Counted from the first letter of the stretch, positions 19,425 to 28,786 are shown. The stretch: DNA of 64,000 bases from an uncultured Acidobacteriota bacterium (GCA_963741955.1 CAVUKB010000004.1:352001-416000); one strand, 5' to 3'. Notes: a model not told the origin generated them from the sequence alone. Translations and numbers: made by a program.

Positions 19425-20006
19425 TCAGCGAGGCGGCTCCTGACCCGGGATCACGTTCCCCTTCTCGTCGAGGCGGATCGTCTCCCCTCGTTTGAAGGTG
19501 TGACCCTCACGTGCGAACGGATGCGACGCTTCGCACTGCCGCAGCCGTCCGTTCTCGTGAAACACGACCCCCACGCTACCGCGTGTGGAATCGGACCAGA
19601 GGCCGGCTCGGCGGCACGGAACGCCGTCGATCGTCTCGTGCTCGGCGAGCCAGCAGAGGCGGAGGCGCCCGTCGGGGTGGAGGGCGGTCATCCAGCTTCC
19701 CGCTCCCTCTCCGCGGCAGACGTGGCCATCGAGTGACGTGTCTTTGGAGAGGAACAGCCAGTCGGGAGTGTCTCCCGAAGCGAAGTGAAGCCATGACCCT
19801 GCGGGGATGTCGGACCCGAAGAGTTTCTGGTCGCCGGAGGTGCGGCAGCGCTCGCCCACTCCGTTCAGGTCGGGTACGACGCGGTCACAAGCTACGCCGT
19901 GAACGGTTCGGATCTCTTCGGGTTTCTGCTCCTCGTTCGCGAGTGCGCCTCCCGCCGAGAGCAGAATGGGGGAAAGGATGGCCAGCAACCACAGGACGTG
20001 CTTCAT
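19425..20006 (-). CDS. Secreted hypothetical protein with short internal repeats
   Basis: GGAGG RBS, signal peptide, repeated HPDGRLRLC / HENGRLRQC and DGHVC / DGVPC motifs. Confidence 0.75.
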   Translation of the reverse strand: MKHVLWLLAILSPILLSAGGALANEEQKPEEIRTVHGVACDRVVPDLNGVGERCRTSGDQKLFGSDIPAGSWLHFASGDTPDWLFLSKDTSLDGHVCRGEGAGSWMTALHPDGRLRLCWLAEHETIDGVPCRRAGLWSDSTRGSVGVVFHENGRLRQCEASHPFAREGHTFKRGETIRLDEKGNVIPGQEPPR

Positions 20007-20119
20007 CGCGTTTTCCTCCGTTTGCTCGATTCTTGCGAGTGGAGCCGATGTCCGCTGTGCTCCCCGTCACCGTTACGATGGTCAGGATCCGGGGTGATAA
20101 TCGGCAGGAGGAGGCATTC

Positions 20120-20800
20120 ATGAGTGCGATACGACCGACGCGAATCCTTCTGGTGCGTCATGGAGCGACAGAACTGACGGCGGAAGACAGCTTCGCCGGT
20201 GAAACGGACGTGCTTCTCTCCGACGAAGGAAGGGATCAAGCGAGGCGTCTTGCGGAGCGGCTGGAACACGTTCCGGTGAGCGCAGTCTTCGCCAGTCCGA
20301 AGTCGAGGACGATGGAGACGGCGAAGATTCTGGCGGAGCCACACCGGCTGGAGGTGGAGGCGGTGCCGGAGCTTCGGGAGATCTCGCACGGCCACTGGGA
20401 AGGCCGGAGGCGCGCGGAAGTCGAGCGCCTCTTTCCGGACGAATACGCCCGCTGGGAGGAAGACCCGTTCACCTTCGCACCGGACGGAGGGGAGACGGGG
20501 CTGTCGGTCACCGCCCGTGCGCTTCCGGCTCTGCTCGAGATCGTGAACCGCCATCAGGGAGAACACGTCCTGGTCGTCTCGCACAAGGCGACCATCCGGC
20601 TCCTTCTCAGCTCGGTCCTCGGGTTCGACGCGCGGACGTACAGGGACCGGCTGGATCAGGATCCCTGCGCTCTCAACATCTTCGACTTCCGCGATCCGGC
20701 CCGGGCGCGTCTGTCGCTCTTCAACGACACTTCGCATTACTCGGCGACCGTCCCGGAGATCCCGAGCAAGCGGCTCTCGAAATGGTGGGACGAGCGATGA
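20120..20800 (+). CDS. Histidine phosphatase (phosphoglycerate mutase) family protein
   Basis: AGGAGG RBS; LVRHGAT, ASPKSRTMETA, LREISHGHWEG, GGET, VVSH. Confidence 0.93.
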   Translation: MSAIRPTRILLVRHGATELTAEDSFAGETDVLLSDEGRDQARRLAERLEHVPVSAVFASPKSRTMETAKILAEPHRLEVEAVPELREISHGHWEGRRRAEVERLFPDEYARWEEDPFTFAPDGGETGLSVTARALPALLEIVNRHQGEHVLVVSHKATIRLLLSSVLGFDARTYRDRLDQDPCALNIFDFRDPARARLSLFNDTSHYSATVPEIPSKRLSKWWDER

Positions 20801-20916
20801 GGGGGACTCGAGGCTCGAGGCTGGAGGCTCGCCAACGTCGGACAGAACTTTTTTCCGGAGTCCCCTAGAACAGAAGAATGTTTCGCAAATCTCACACTTG
20901 TGAGAACTACGTTCTC

Positions 20917-21012
20917 CCCCGAGCCCCGAGCCCCGAGCCCCGAGCCCCGAGCCCCGAGCCCCGAGCCCGAGCCCCGAGCCCCGAGCCCCGAGCCCCGAGC
21001 CCCGAGCCCCGA
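20917..21012. repeat. Heptamer microsatellite (CCCCGAG)n, about 13 copies
   Basis: Read directly; one 6-nt unit. Degenerate inverted CTCGAGG units at 20807-20831. Confidence 0.95.
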
Positions 21013-21029
21013 ACGGATATCATGCGGTC

Positions 21030-22229
21030 ATGAACGAAGATCCTCTGCTCGAGACTCGCCCCCAATTTCCGATCCTGGAGAAGACGAACTATCTCGTGTC
21101 GCATTCGCTCGGTGCGATGCCGGCGGCAACCGCCGGCCGTCTCGCGGAGTACGCGGAGAGCTGGAACAGCCGCGGCGTGCGCGCGTGGGGCGACCGCTGG
21201 TGGATGCTGTCGATCGAAGCGGGCGACGCGATCGCGCCGCTCATCGGAGCGCCGGCAGGGTCGGTGGTCATGCTTCCGAACGTCACCACCGCGCAGGCGG
21301 TGATCCTCTCCGCGTTCCGCTTCGAGGCGCCGCGCAACCGGGTGGTGATGGTCGAGGGCGACTTCCCGTCGGTGCGTTACGTCTACGACGGTCTCGCGCG
21401 AAGGCTCGGCGCCGAGATCGTCACCGTCCCTCACGACGGGTCGGGACTCGGAGTCGATCCCGGTGAGCTCCTCGCCGCGATCGACGAGCGGACCGAGCTC
21501 GTTTCCATCTCACACGTCCTCTTCCAGTCGGCGTTCATGATCGACGCGCAGTCGGTGGCGAAGCGGTGCCGCGAGGTGGGGGCGACGCTGGTCCTCGACA
21601 TCTTCCAGTCTGCGGGCATCGTTCCGGTCGATCTGCAGGGATGGGACGTCCCGATCGCGACGGGCGGAGTGCTGAAGTGGCTCTGCGGCGGACCGGGAGG
21701 AGGATTTCTCTACGTCCAGCCGGAGCTGCGGGCGAAGCTCCGGCCGGCGCTGACCGGGTGGATGGCGCACGAGAACCCGTTCGCATTCGCCCCTCCACCG
21801 ATCTCGTACCGGACCGACGCGATGAGGTTCGCCATCGGGACGCCGCCGATACCCGCGCTCTACGCCGCGCTCGAAGGGCCGCGCATCGTCGCATCGGTCG
21901 GGGTGGAGAAGATCCGGGCGAAGTCGCTGCGACAGACCGGCCGCCTGATCGGTCTCGCCGCGGAACGGGGATGGGAGATCCGCAGCCCGCGCGAGGCGGA
22001 GCGGCGGGGAGGGTCGGTGGCGATCCGCGTTCCGCACGCGCGTGAAGTCGCCGCAGAGCTCAACGCGTCGGACGTTCTCTGCGATTACCGTCCGAAGTCG
22101 GGGATCCGTCTCGCGCCCCACTTCTACAACGCGGATCGGGAGATCGACGCGGCGGTGGAGGCGATCGACGACATCCTTCGGGACGGACGTTGGAAGAGAC
22201 ACGAAGAGCGCGGCGGAATCGTGACGTAG
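21030..22229 (+). CDS. Kynureninase-like class V PLP enzyme
   Basis: YLVSHSLGAMP, DFPS, DIFQSAG, LKWLCGGPG, GWMAH, GTPP, IRLAPHFYN. Confidence 0.8.
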   Translation: MNEDPLLETRPQFPILEKTNYLVSHSLGAMPAATAGRLAEYAESWNSRGVRAWGDRWWMLSIEAGDAIAPLIGAPAGSVVMLPNVTTAQAVILSAFRFEAPRNRVVMVEGDFPSVRYVYDGLARRLGAEIVTVPHDGSGLGVDPGELLAAIDERTELVSISHVLFQSAFMIDAQSVAKRCREVGATLVLDIFQSAGIVPVDLQGWDVPIATGGVLKWLCGGPGGGFLYVQPELRAKLRPALTGWMAHENPFAFAPPPISYRTDAMRFAIGTPPIPALYAALEGPRIVASVGVEKIRAKSLRQTGRLIGLAAERGWEIRSPREAERRGGSVAIRVPHAREVAAELNASDVLCDYRPKSGIRLAPHFYNADREIDAAVEAIDDILRDGRWKRHEERGGIVT

Positions 22230-22272
22230 CGGCGGAGGGGCGAGAGACGAGAGTCGCCCGGTTCCTCGAATC

Positions 22273-25200
22273 TCACTCCGCTCTGAAGATCGAGTCACCG
22301 CTTCCGTTGTCGACGGAGATCACGAACACGGTGGCGGCGCCGTCGCCCTCCACGAGCTCGAGCTCCAGCTGGACGTCGTGGAGATTTCCGAACCGGGTCT
22401 CGCGATCGGCGCCGATGATCGAGCGGGCCATCTCGTCCGCCATCATCAACTGACCGGCCGAGAGTGAGAAGTCCTTCGATGCGGTCTGGCCGGTGAAGGC
22501 TCGACCATCCTGGAAACGAAGTGTTGCCCTGACCCTGATCGAGGCGCCCCCGCTCTCCAGGATACCGAATCCCGTACGCCAGGTACCATCGAGTCGCGCT
22601 GCGACGGTTGTCCGGGTCGAGTCTTCGAGTCCTGCGAAAACGCGCGACTGCCCGAGCCGGAGTCCCGACGTCGCAGCGACGGCGGGGATCGCCGCGCCGA
22701 TGCTGCCGCCGTTCGAGCCGCCGGATCGCATCCTGGATTCCATCACGGCGCCGCCGCTCCGGGGCGTGAAGACGATCGAGCCGCCCGCACTGCTGCTTCG
22801 GCCGAAAAGCGTCTTCGCGACGTCGCTCCAGGACCTCGTCTGCAGCGGAGCGAGAGTGACGTCGCGGGAGATCGAGACTCCGTTTTCGAGGTATCGAAGT
22901 GTTCCTTCGACCGCAGTGCTTCCCGGATTGAACAGCGTCAGATCGGTCGCGATGCTCGCGCTTGCCGCGGCCTCCAGCGGCTTTGTGCTCGTTCCCGGTG
23001 GACGGACGATGCGGCGCCGCCCTCCTCCGTTCTCTGCCGTCGCGCTGCGTACCAGCGGAAGACGAACCGCGGAGGTGGAGGAGTAGCCGAAGAACAGAGG
23101 CCAGTCGACCAGAGCCCACCGGTCGCCGCTCGTTTCGTCGGTCGCCGCCGCGTACGCGACGATTCGTCCCGAGGATCCTGAATCGTTGCTGACGATCGCC
23201 GAGACTGCGCCCGAAGGCGCCGCGTCAGCGAGCTCCGCGACGCCGAACGGCTCCAGTTGCGCGGTGGACGACGAGAGCTCCATCCCGTTTCCGGAGAGCC
23301 ACCGCACCTTCACATTCGCTTGCTGGCCCGACGTCTCCTGAATGTACAGATCGGTGTGCAGCCCGGCACCTTTTTCGAGTGCAGTCAGGGCGGTGGTGCC
23401 GCCGGGTGCCACGGAACGGTCCGACCGGAAGATCGGAATCGACCCGGCAACGGTTCCCCGTCCCGCTCTCGTGGTCACGCTGCGAGCCTCGGCGAGGATG
23501 GAAGTCCATTCGCGGGTGCGGATCTGGAGCGTTCCACTCTGATTGCTCTCTGTGTAGACGCCGTTCACCACACTCGCCAGGGTGAGAGCCTGATTCGGCG
23601 CCACGGATCCGATCGAGGCCACGGAGGTTCCCGTCATCCCCGCTCGGCTGTAATAGAGCTTCAGATCTGAGATCGATCGGGAGGCGAACGCGTTCGCGAT
23701 CGAGAGATCGCTGAACGAGCGCGAGCTCGACGTCGACTGATCTCTGATTCCGGGAATGAACCGGGCGATCTCGCCGGCGGCGAGCGGCGGGATCGTTCCG
23801 GCGGCCACGCTCGGTCGCGTCGTGTCGACCACGGTCACCAGACTGAACGACACTCCCGGCGGCGTCGTTCCTTCGGGCGCAATGTCTCGGAGGAGAGCTC
23901 GCGCCGCGCTCCCGCTGTCGCTGACGTAGATGAGCTTCAGGTTTCCGGAGACGGTTCCATCCGCGCTCCCGATCGTGCGCTTCGAGCGCTCCACCTGAAA
24001 GTTGAGCAGCGCGATGTCGCCCGACGAGATGTCGATGATGTCCTGCGGAGGAACCAGCCATGGGACGTCGGAGACGAGAATGCCGGTCAGAGGTGCGGTC
24101 CCGACGTTGCGGAACGTCACCGTTCCGACCGCATTCGTATCCACGTCGCCCGAAAGATCGATCCGGCTGTTCACCGCTTCCGCTGTGGCGGTCCCCGTCG
24201 TCGTTGCGACGGAGAGCATTCGGATCACGACCTCCAGATCCTCCGGCACTCCGTCGCCGCTCGGGACCGAATATCCCCAGTAGGGACCGAGCGGCTGCTG
24301 CGGGACCGCCGTCACCGTGACGGTCTGACTGGCACCGCCGGCGAGAGTGAACGAAGTCGGAGACTGCTCGAAGAATTCGCTGTCGCGCTCGAGCGTCACC
24401 GTCGTCGAAACGTCGCCGAAATTCGTCAGAACGAAGGCGTCCTGATTCTGCGGGACGCCCCGGATCTCGATCAATCCGGAGGTCGGCGACGTCAGAACCA
24501 CTTCTGCAGGCGCGTTGACCTTCGCCGTCGTGGTCGCGGTCACTTCGACGGTCGCCTCGCTCGTGACGACGTTCTTCTGGTAGCCGTGCGGATGCGTGAC
24601 GCTCCGGACGCGGAGATAGTACTTCGTGGAAGGCGCCAGTCCCCTGATCACGACGGAGTCGGCCCATTTGTCGGGCGTGGTGGCGATCGATACGGGGGCG
24701 CCACCAGGGGTGAGCGAAGCGATCGCCTGGTAGCCTCCTTCGTCCCAGCCGTACTCGATGGTGTGCCACGACAGCGTGATGCTGCGGTCGGTCGTCGTGC
24801 CGGGAGCGACGCCGGTCGGTGCCACTGTCTGCGATTCCTGCCACGAGCCTTCCTGTTTCCGGTTCAGGAAGAGAAGGACCGCACCATCCGAGGTGTAGAG
24901 CGCGTTGTAAGAGACGTCCAGACCGCCGTCTTCAAGTGTCTCGAGCAATGTGATCGACGACGGCACCGGGCCGGAGAGTACGTTCTGACTCAGGTCCATC
25001 TGGATGATCGACGCGAGTCCGCCGATCGAATCGGGAATGGGACCCGTGAAGTGGTTCGAACCGAGGGAGAGATATTGTAGTTGAGGAAACGAGCCGATCC
25101 AGGTCGGGATCGTGCCGGTGAGCTCGTTGTCGCCTAGAAGGAGGACCTGAAGCCGGGACAGGTTCTCGAGCGACGGGACCGCTCCACTCAGGAGGTTGGA

Positions 25201-26871
25201 GTCGAGATGGAGCTCGGTGAGATCGACGAGCTCTCCGATGCTGGAGGGGATCGGTCCCGTGAGCCGGTTCCAGCCGAGAGTCAGATATTCGAGCCGGGCG
25301 AGATTGCCGATGTCGGAGGGGATGGTGCCACCGATCCGGTTTCCTGCGAGATCGAGATAGGTGAGATTGGCGAGCGAGGTGATGCCCGGCGGAATGCTTC
25401 CGGTGAATTCGTTTCCGCCCAGAAGAATCATCTCGAGAGAAGGAATCTCGCCGAGCCATGAAGGGAGATCACCTGAAAGTTGGTTTCCGTAGAGGAGAAT
25501 CTCGCGGAGCGAGGTGATTCCGGCCAGTGACGGGAGAGATCCGGTGAGGCGGCATTCGGGAATCGAGAGCGACTGGAGCTTCGTGAGTGAGCCGATCTCG
25601 GCCGGGATGGAGCCCGTGAGCTGATTCTGGCCGAGGGCCAGAGTATCGAGGACGCTCAGCTGGCCGAGCTCGGAGGGGATGGTGCCCGTCAGTTGATTGG
25701 AGGCGAGCACGAGGGATCGCAGCGAGGAAAGATCGCCGAGGGGAACCGGGATCGATCCGGTGAGCTGATTGTCGCCGAGATCGAGGTATTCGAGTCGATG
25801 AAGCGTTCCGAGCTCGGAGGGGATGCTCCCCGTCAGCTGGTTGTGGTCGAGTGCGAGATAGGTGAGGGTGGTGAGGTTCGCCAGCTCCTTCGGAATCGAA
25901 GCGGTGAGCCGGTTCGACGAAAGAAGGAGATCGTCCAGAGCGGCGAGCTCTCCGAGCTCCGGTGGAATCGAGCCACTGAGAAGATTCTGGTGGAGCCACA
26001 AGCGTTCGAGGAGGGAGAGATTCCCGAGCTCTTTCGGAATCGTTCCGGTCAGCTGGTTCGTGTCGAGCTCGAGCTGGGTCAGGTTCGAGAGATCTCCCGT
26101 TTCCGGAGGGATCGAGCCAGTGAGGCGGTTCTCGCTCAGTTGGAGGATCTGAAGATTCGCGAGCGATCCGACCGACGGCGGGATCGAGCCGGTGAGCTGG
26201 TTGTGGTTCAGATACAGCTCCTGAAGAGAGATTGCGTCACCGAGCTGCGAAGGGATCGACCCGGAGAGGAAGTTGTCCGCGAGGGAGAGGATCTGGAGCG
26301 ACCGGAGATTTCCAATCTCCGGAGGGATGGCGCCGGTGAGCTGATTCGAATAGAGCATCAGCGTCTGCAGTGCGGCGAGGTTGCCGAGCGACGGCGGGAT
26401 CGCTCCGCTGAAGCGGTTGGTCGCGGCTTCGAACGAGATCAGGTTCGGCAGATTTCCGATCGACGAGGGGAGGGAACCTGAAAGCTGATTTTCATAGATC
26501 GCGAGATTCTCCAGGCTGGAGAGATTTCCGATCTCCGGCGGGAGCGTGCCGGTGAGCTGATTTCCTTCTAGGTAGAGAGTGCGCAGATCGGAAAGTCGGG
26601 CGACGTCGGACGGGAGCGTTCCGGTAAGTCCGTTGTAGTCGAGCGAGAGCTCGACGACGGTCGATTCGTCCTCGGAGCATCCGACGCCATACCAGCTGCA
26701 TTCGGTTCCCGCGGAGCCGAGCCAGTTGGACGAATCGCTCCAGTTCGCCCCACCGGTGGAGTTGTAGATCGCAATCAATGCGTCGCGCTGAGCGGAAGGG
26801 ATCGCCGCAGTCGCAATGGACGCAGCAAGCGCGAGAGACATGCCGGCGAGAAACAGCGAGAGCCGTCGCAT
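22273..26871 (-). CDS. Large secreted protein: plant-type LRR solenoid, FN3/Ig-like domains, two C-terminal beta modules
   Basis: GAGGA RBS before MRRLSLF; signal peptide; cap W...ECSWYGVGC; 24 repeats of LxxLxLxxNxLtGxIPxxlgxLxx; FN3-like IRGLAPSTKYYLRVRS. Confidence 0.9.
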   Translation of the reverse strand: MRRLSLFLAGMSLALAASIATAAIPSAQRDALIAIYNSTGGANWSDSSNWLGSAGTECSWYGVGCSEDESTVVELSLDYNGLTGTLPSDVARLSDLRTLYLEGNQLTGTLPPEIGNLSSLENLAIYENQLSGSLPSSIGNLPNLISFEAATNRFSGAIPPSLGNLAALQTLMLYSNQLTGAIPPEIGNLRSLQILSLADNFLSGSIPSQLGDAISLQELYLNHNQLTGSIPPSVGSLANLQILQLSENRLTGSIPPETGDLSNLTQLELDTNQLTGTIPKELGNLSLLERLWLHQNLLSGSIPPELGELAALDDLLLSSNRLTASIPKELANLTTLTYLALDHNQLTGSIPSELGTLHRLEYLDLGDNQLTGSIPVPLGDLSSLRSLVLASNQLTGTIPSELGQLSVLDTLALGQNQLTGSIPAEIGSLTKLQSLSIPECRLTGSLPSLAGITSLREILLYGNQLSGDLPSWLGEIPSLEMILLGGNEFTGSIPPGITSLANLTYLDLAGNRIGGTIPSDIGNLARLEYLTLGWNRLTGPIPSSIGELVDLTELHLDSNLLSGAVPSLENLSRLQVLLLGDNELTGTIPTWIGSFPQLQYLSLGSNHFTGPIPDSIGGLASIIQMDLSQNVLSGPVPSSITLLETLEDGGLDVSYNALYTSDGAVLLFLNRKQEGSWQESQTVAPTGVAPGTTTDRSITLSWHTIEYGWDEGGYQAIASLTPGGAPVSIATTPDKWADSVVIRGLAPSTKYYLRVRSVTHPHGYQKNVVTSEATVEVTATTTAKVNAPAEVVLTSPTSGLIEIRGVPQNQDAFVLTNFGDVSTTVTLERDSEFFEQSPTSFTLAGGASQTVTVTAVPQQPLGPYWGYSVPSGDGVPEDLEVVIRMLSVATTTGTATAEAVNSRIDLSGDVDTNAVGTVTFRNVGTAPLTGILVSDVPWLVPPQDIIDISSGDIALLNFQVERSKRTIGSADGTVSGNLKLIYVSDSGSAARALLRDIAPEGTTPPGVSFSLVTVVDTTRPSVAAGTIPPLAAGEIARFIPGIRDQSTSSSRSFSDLSIANAFASRSISDLKLYYSRAGMTGTSVASIGSVAPNQALTLASVVNGVYTESNQSGTLQIRTREWTSILAEARSVTTRAGRGTVAGSIPIFRSDRSVAPGGTTALTALEKGAGLHTDLYIQETSGQQANVKVRWLSGNGMELSSSTAQLEPFGVAELADAAPSGAVSAIVSNDSGSSGRIVAYAAATDETSGDRWALVDWPLFFGYSSTSAVRLPLVRSATAENGGGRRRIVRPPGTSTKPLEAAASASIATDLTLFNPGSTAVEGTLRYLENGVSISRDVTLAPLQTRSWSDVAKTLFGRSSSAGGSIVFTPRSGGAVMESRMRSGGSNGGSIGAAIPAVAATSGLRLGQSRVFAGLEDSTRTTVAARLDGTWRTGFGILESGGASIRVRATLRFQDGRAFTGQTASKDFSLSAGQLMMADEMARSIIGADRETRFGNLHDVQLELELVEGDGAATVFVISVDNGSGDSIFRAE

Positions 26872-27033
26872 GCAGTCCTCCGGATACCCGACAGGCGATT
26901 TGGAACCAGTCCCACACGTAGGGCCGGCAATGGGGAATGTCAAGCTCAGAGGCGCGCAGGGGCTGAGCGCGAGGGTGGGCGAGGCGAGAACCGGCGCCGC
27001 GGTGAAGCCTCAGGGCCAGGAGTCTGCGCGGTA

Positions 27034-27163
27034 GAAACTGTCCTGCTGCGAAAGCGGATCAGCGGTCCACATCCGTCCGGATTTTCGGCCAGTAGCCACC
27101 GCTACGCACCTCAAATCCGAACGAATTTGGACCGCTGCTTCGCTTTCTCGCTACGTACGTTTC
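27034..27163. repeat. Long imperfect inverted repeat (MITE-like hairpin)
   Basis: AAAGCG/CGCTTT, CAGCGGTCCA/TGGACCGCTG, CGTCCGGATTT/AAATCCGAACG, apical GTAGC-CACC-GCTAC. Confidence 0.75.
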
Positions 27164-27185
27164 CAGGCTCCTCTGCGGCTTCGGA

Positions 27186-28763
27186 TCAGCTCATCTTCGG
27201 AAGTCTCGGTCCGGCCTCACCTTTCGGCGGCACGACTCCGGCAGAGCTCTCTGCGGCGACGGGAGCGACCGGTTGTCCCACCGCCTTCGCGAGGATCTGT
27301 TTGAGATCGACGCCGCTGAGCGACTGCACGACCGCGGGAAGCTCGGCCATCGCCTTCGCCATGTCGCCGGTGAATCGTGAGACGCCGCCGCCGTGGCCGT
27401 CGGCACCGGCCGTTCCGGTGTCGACGATGGTGATACTCCCGGTCTTGGAGAGCGGTTCGGAGAGCGCCTTCGCGATCTCGGGAAGCACCTTGATGAACAT
27501 CTCGAGGACCGCGGCCTGGTTGTACTGCTGGAACGACTGAGCCTTCTTCTCCATCGCCGCTGCTTCCGCGAGTCCCGTCGCCTCGACGACTTTCGCCTGC
27601 GCCTCGCCCTTCGCGGTGATGATCTGCGCTTCGGCGGTTCCGGTCTTCGCCACGACGTCGGCTTTCGCTTCGCCTTCGACGCGCGCGGCCTGCGCGCGGC
27701 CCTTCGCTTCCGCTTCGATCTGGAACTGCCGGGCGTTCGCTTCGGTCTCGATCTTGTAGCGCTCCGCGTCGGCGGCCTTCTTGATGGTCGAGTCGAGCTC
27801 GAGCTCGCGGCGCTTGATCTCGCGCTGCTGCACCTCGATCATCTGTTCCTTCTCGATCACCGAGACCTTGATCTCTTCCTTCTTCAATTCCTGATTGGTC
27901 TTGTACTTCTGCAGGTCGTACGCGAGGTCCGCTTCCGCCTTCTTCTGGTTCGTCGCCGCGTCGAAGTCCGCCTTCTTCATCAGGTAGTCGCGGTTGGCGA
28001 GTGCGATCTGGGTGTCCGCCTCGATCCGTGCTGTCTCCGCCTGCTGGCGTGCCATCGCCGACTGCACCGTCGCGTCACGGTCGGCGTTGGCCTGCGCGAT
28101 GATGGCGTTCTTCTTCACGTCCGCGATCCGCGGCTGGCCCAGCGCGTCGAGATAACCGTGCGAGTCGCGGATGTCGCGCAGCGTGAAGCTGACGATCTGC
28201 AGTCCCATGTTCGCGAGGTCGGCCACCGCGACTTCCTGGACCTTCACCGAGAACTGGTCGCGGTTGGTGTAGATCTCTTCGACCGTGAGCTGACCGACGA
28301 TCGCGCGAAGATGCCCTTCCACGGTCTGCAGCGCGATCCGCTGGATCTCAGCCTGCGACTTGCCGAGGAACTGCTCGGCCGCGGTGCGGATGGATTGCTC
28401 GTCGCCGCGAATCTTGATCTGCGCCACGCCGTCGACCAGCACCGGCACTCCCGGCTTGGTGTAGACCTCGGGGGTCTTGATGTCGAGCGTCATCACTTCG
28501 AGCGAGATGACGTCCACGCGCTCGAGCAGCGGCCAGACGAACGCGCCGCCGCCGGCACGGATCCGATAGCCGACCGAGTCGGTGCTCCCGTCCGGGTTCT
28601 TGATCTTGTGGCTTCGGCCGGAGATCACCATCACTTCGTTCGGTCCGACCTTCTGGTAGCGCTTCGCGTACGTGAGGATCGAGACGAGGAAGACGAAGAC
28701 GATGGCGCCGCCGATGAAGACGGCCATCCCCGCGTCGGTGAGGCTCTGGAGTGTCTGGATCAT
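27186..28763 (-). CDS. Flotillin family (SPFH) protein
   Basis: KVGPNEVMVISG, GGGAFVWP, AAEQFLGK, EGHLRAIVGQLTVEEI, EA-rich coiled coil. Confidence 0.93.
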   Translation of the reverse strand: MIQTLQSLTDAGMAVFIGGAIVFVFLVSILTYAKRYQKVGPNEVMVISGRSHKIKNPDGSTDSVGYRIRAGGGAFVWPLLERVDVISLEVMTLDIKTPEVYTKPGVPVLVDGVAQIKIRGDEQSIRTAAEQFLGKSQAEIQRIALQTVEGHLRAIVGQLTVEEIYTNRDQFSVKVQEVAVADLANMGLQIVSFTLRDIRDSHGYLDALGQPRIADVKKNAIIAQANADRDATVQSAMARQQAETARIEADTQIALANRDYLMKKADFDAATNQKKAEADLAYDLQKYKTNQELKKEEIKVSVIEKEQMIEVQQREIKRRELELDSTIKKAADAERYKIETEANARQFQIEAEAKGRAQAARVEGEAKADVVAKTGTAEAQIITAKGEAQAKVVEATGLAEAAAMEKKAQSFQQYNQAAVLEMFIKVLPEIAKALSEPLSKTGSITIVDTGTAGADGHGGGVSRFTGDMAKAMAELPAVVQSLSGVDLKQILAKAVGQPVAPVAAESSAGVVPPKGEAGPRLPKMS

Positions 28764-28786
28764 GAGGCGACCTCCCGGTATTCGCT

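Noticed and set aside
20900-21466. ORF with (PEPRAPS)n repeats
   Set aside because: Translation of the CCCCGAG microsatellite, overlapping the kynureninase-like gene out of frame.
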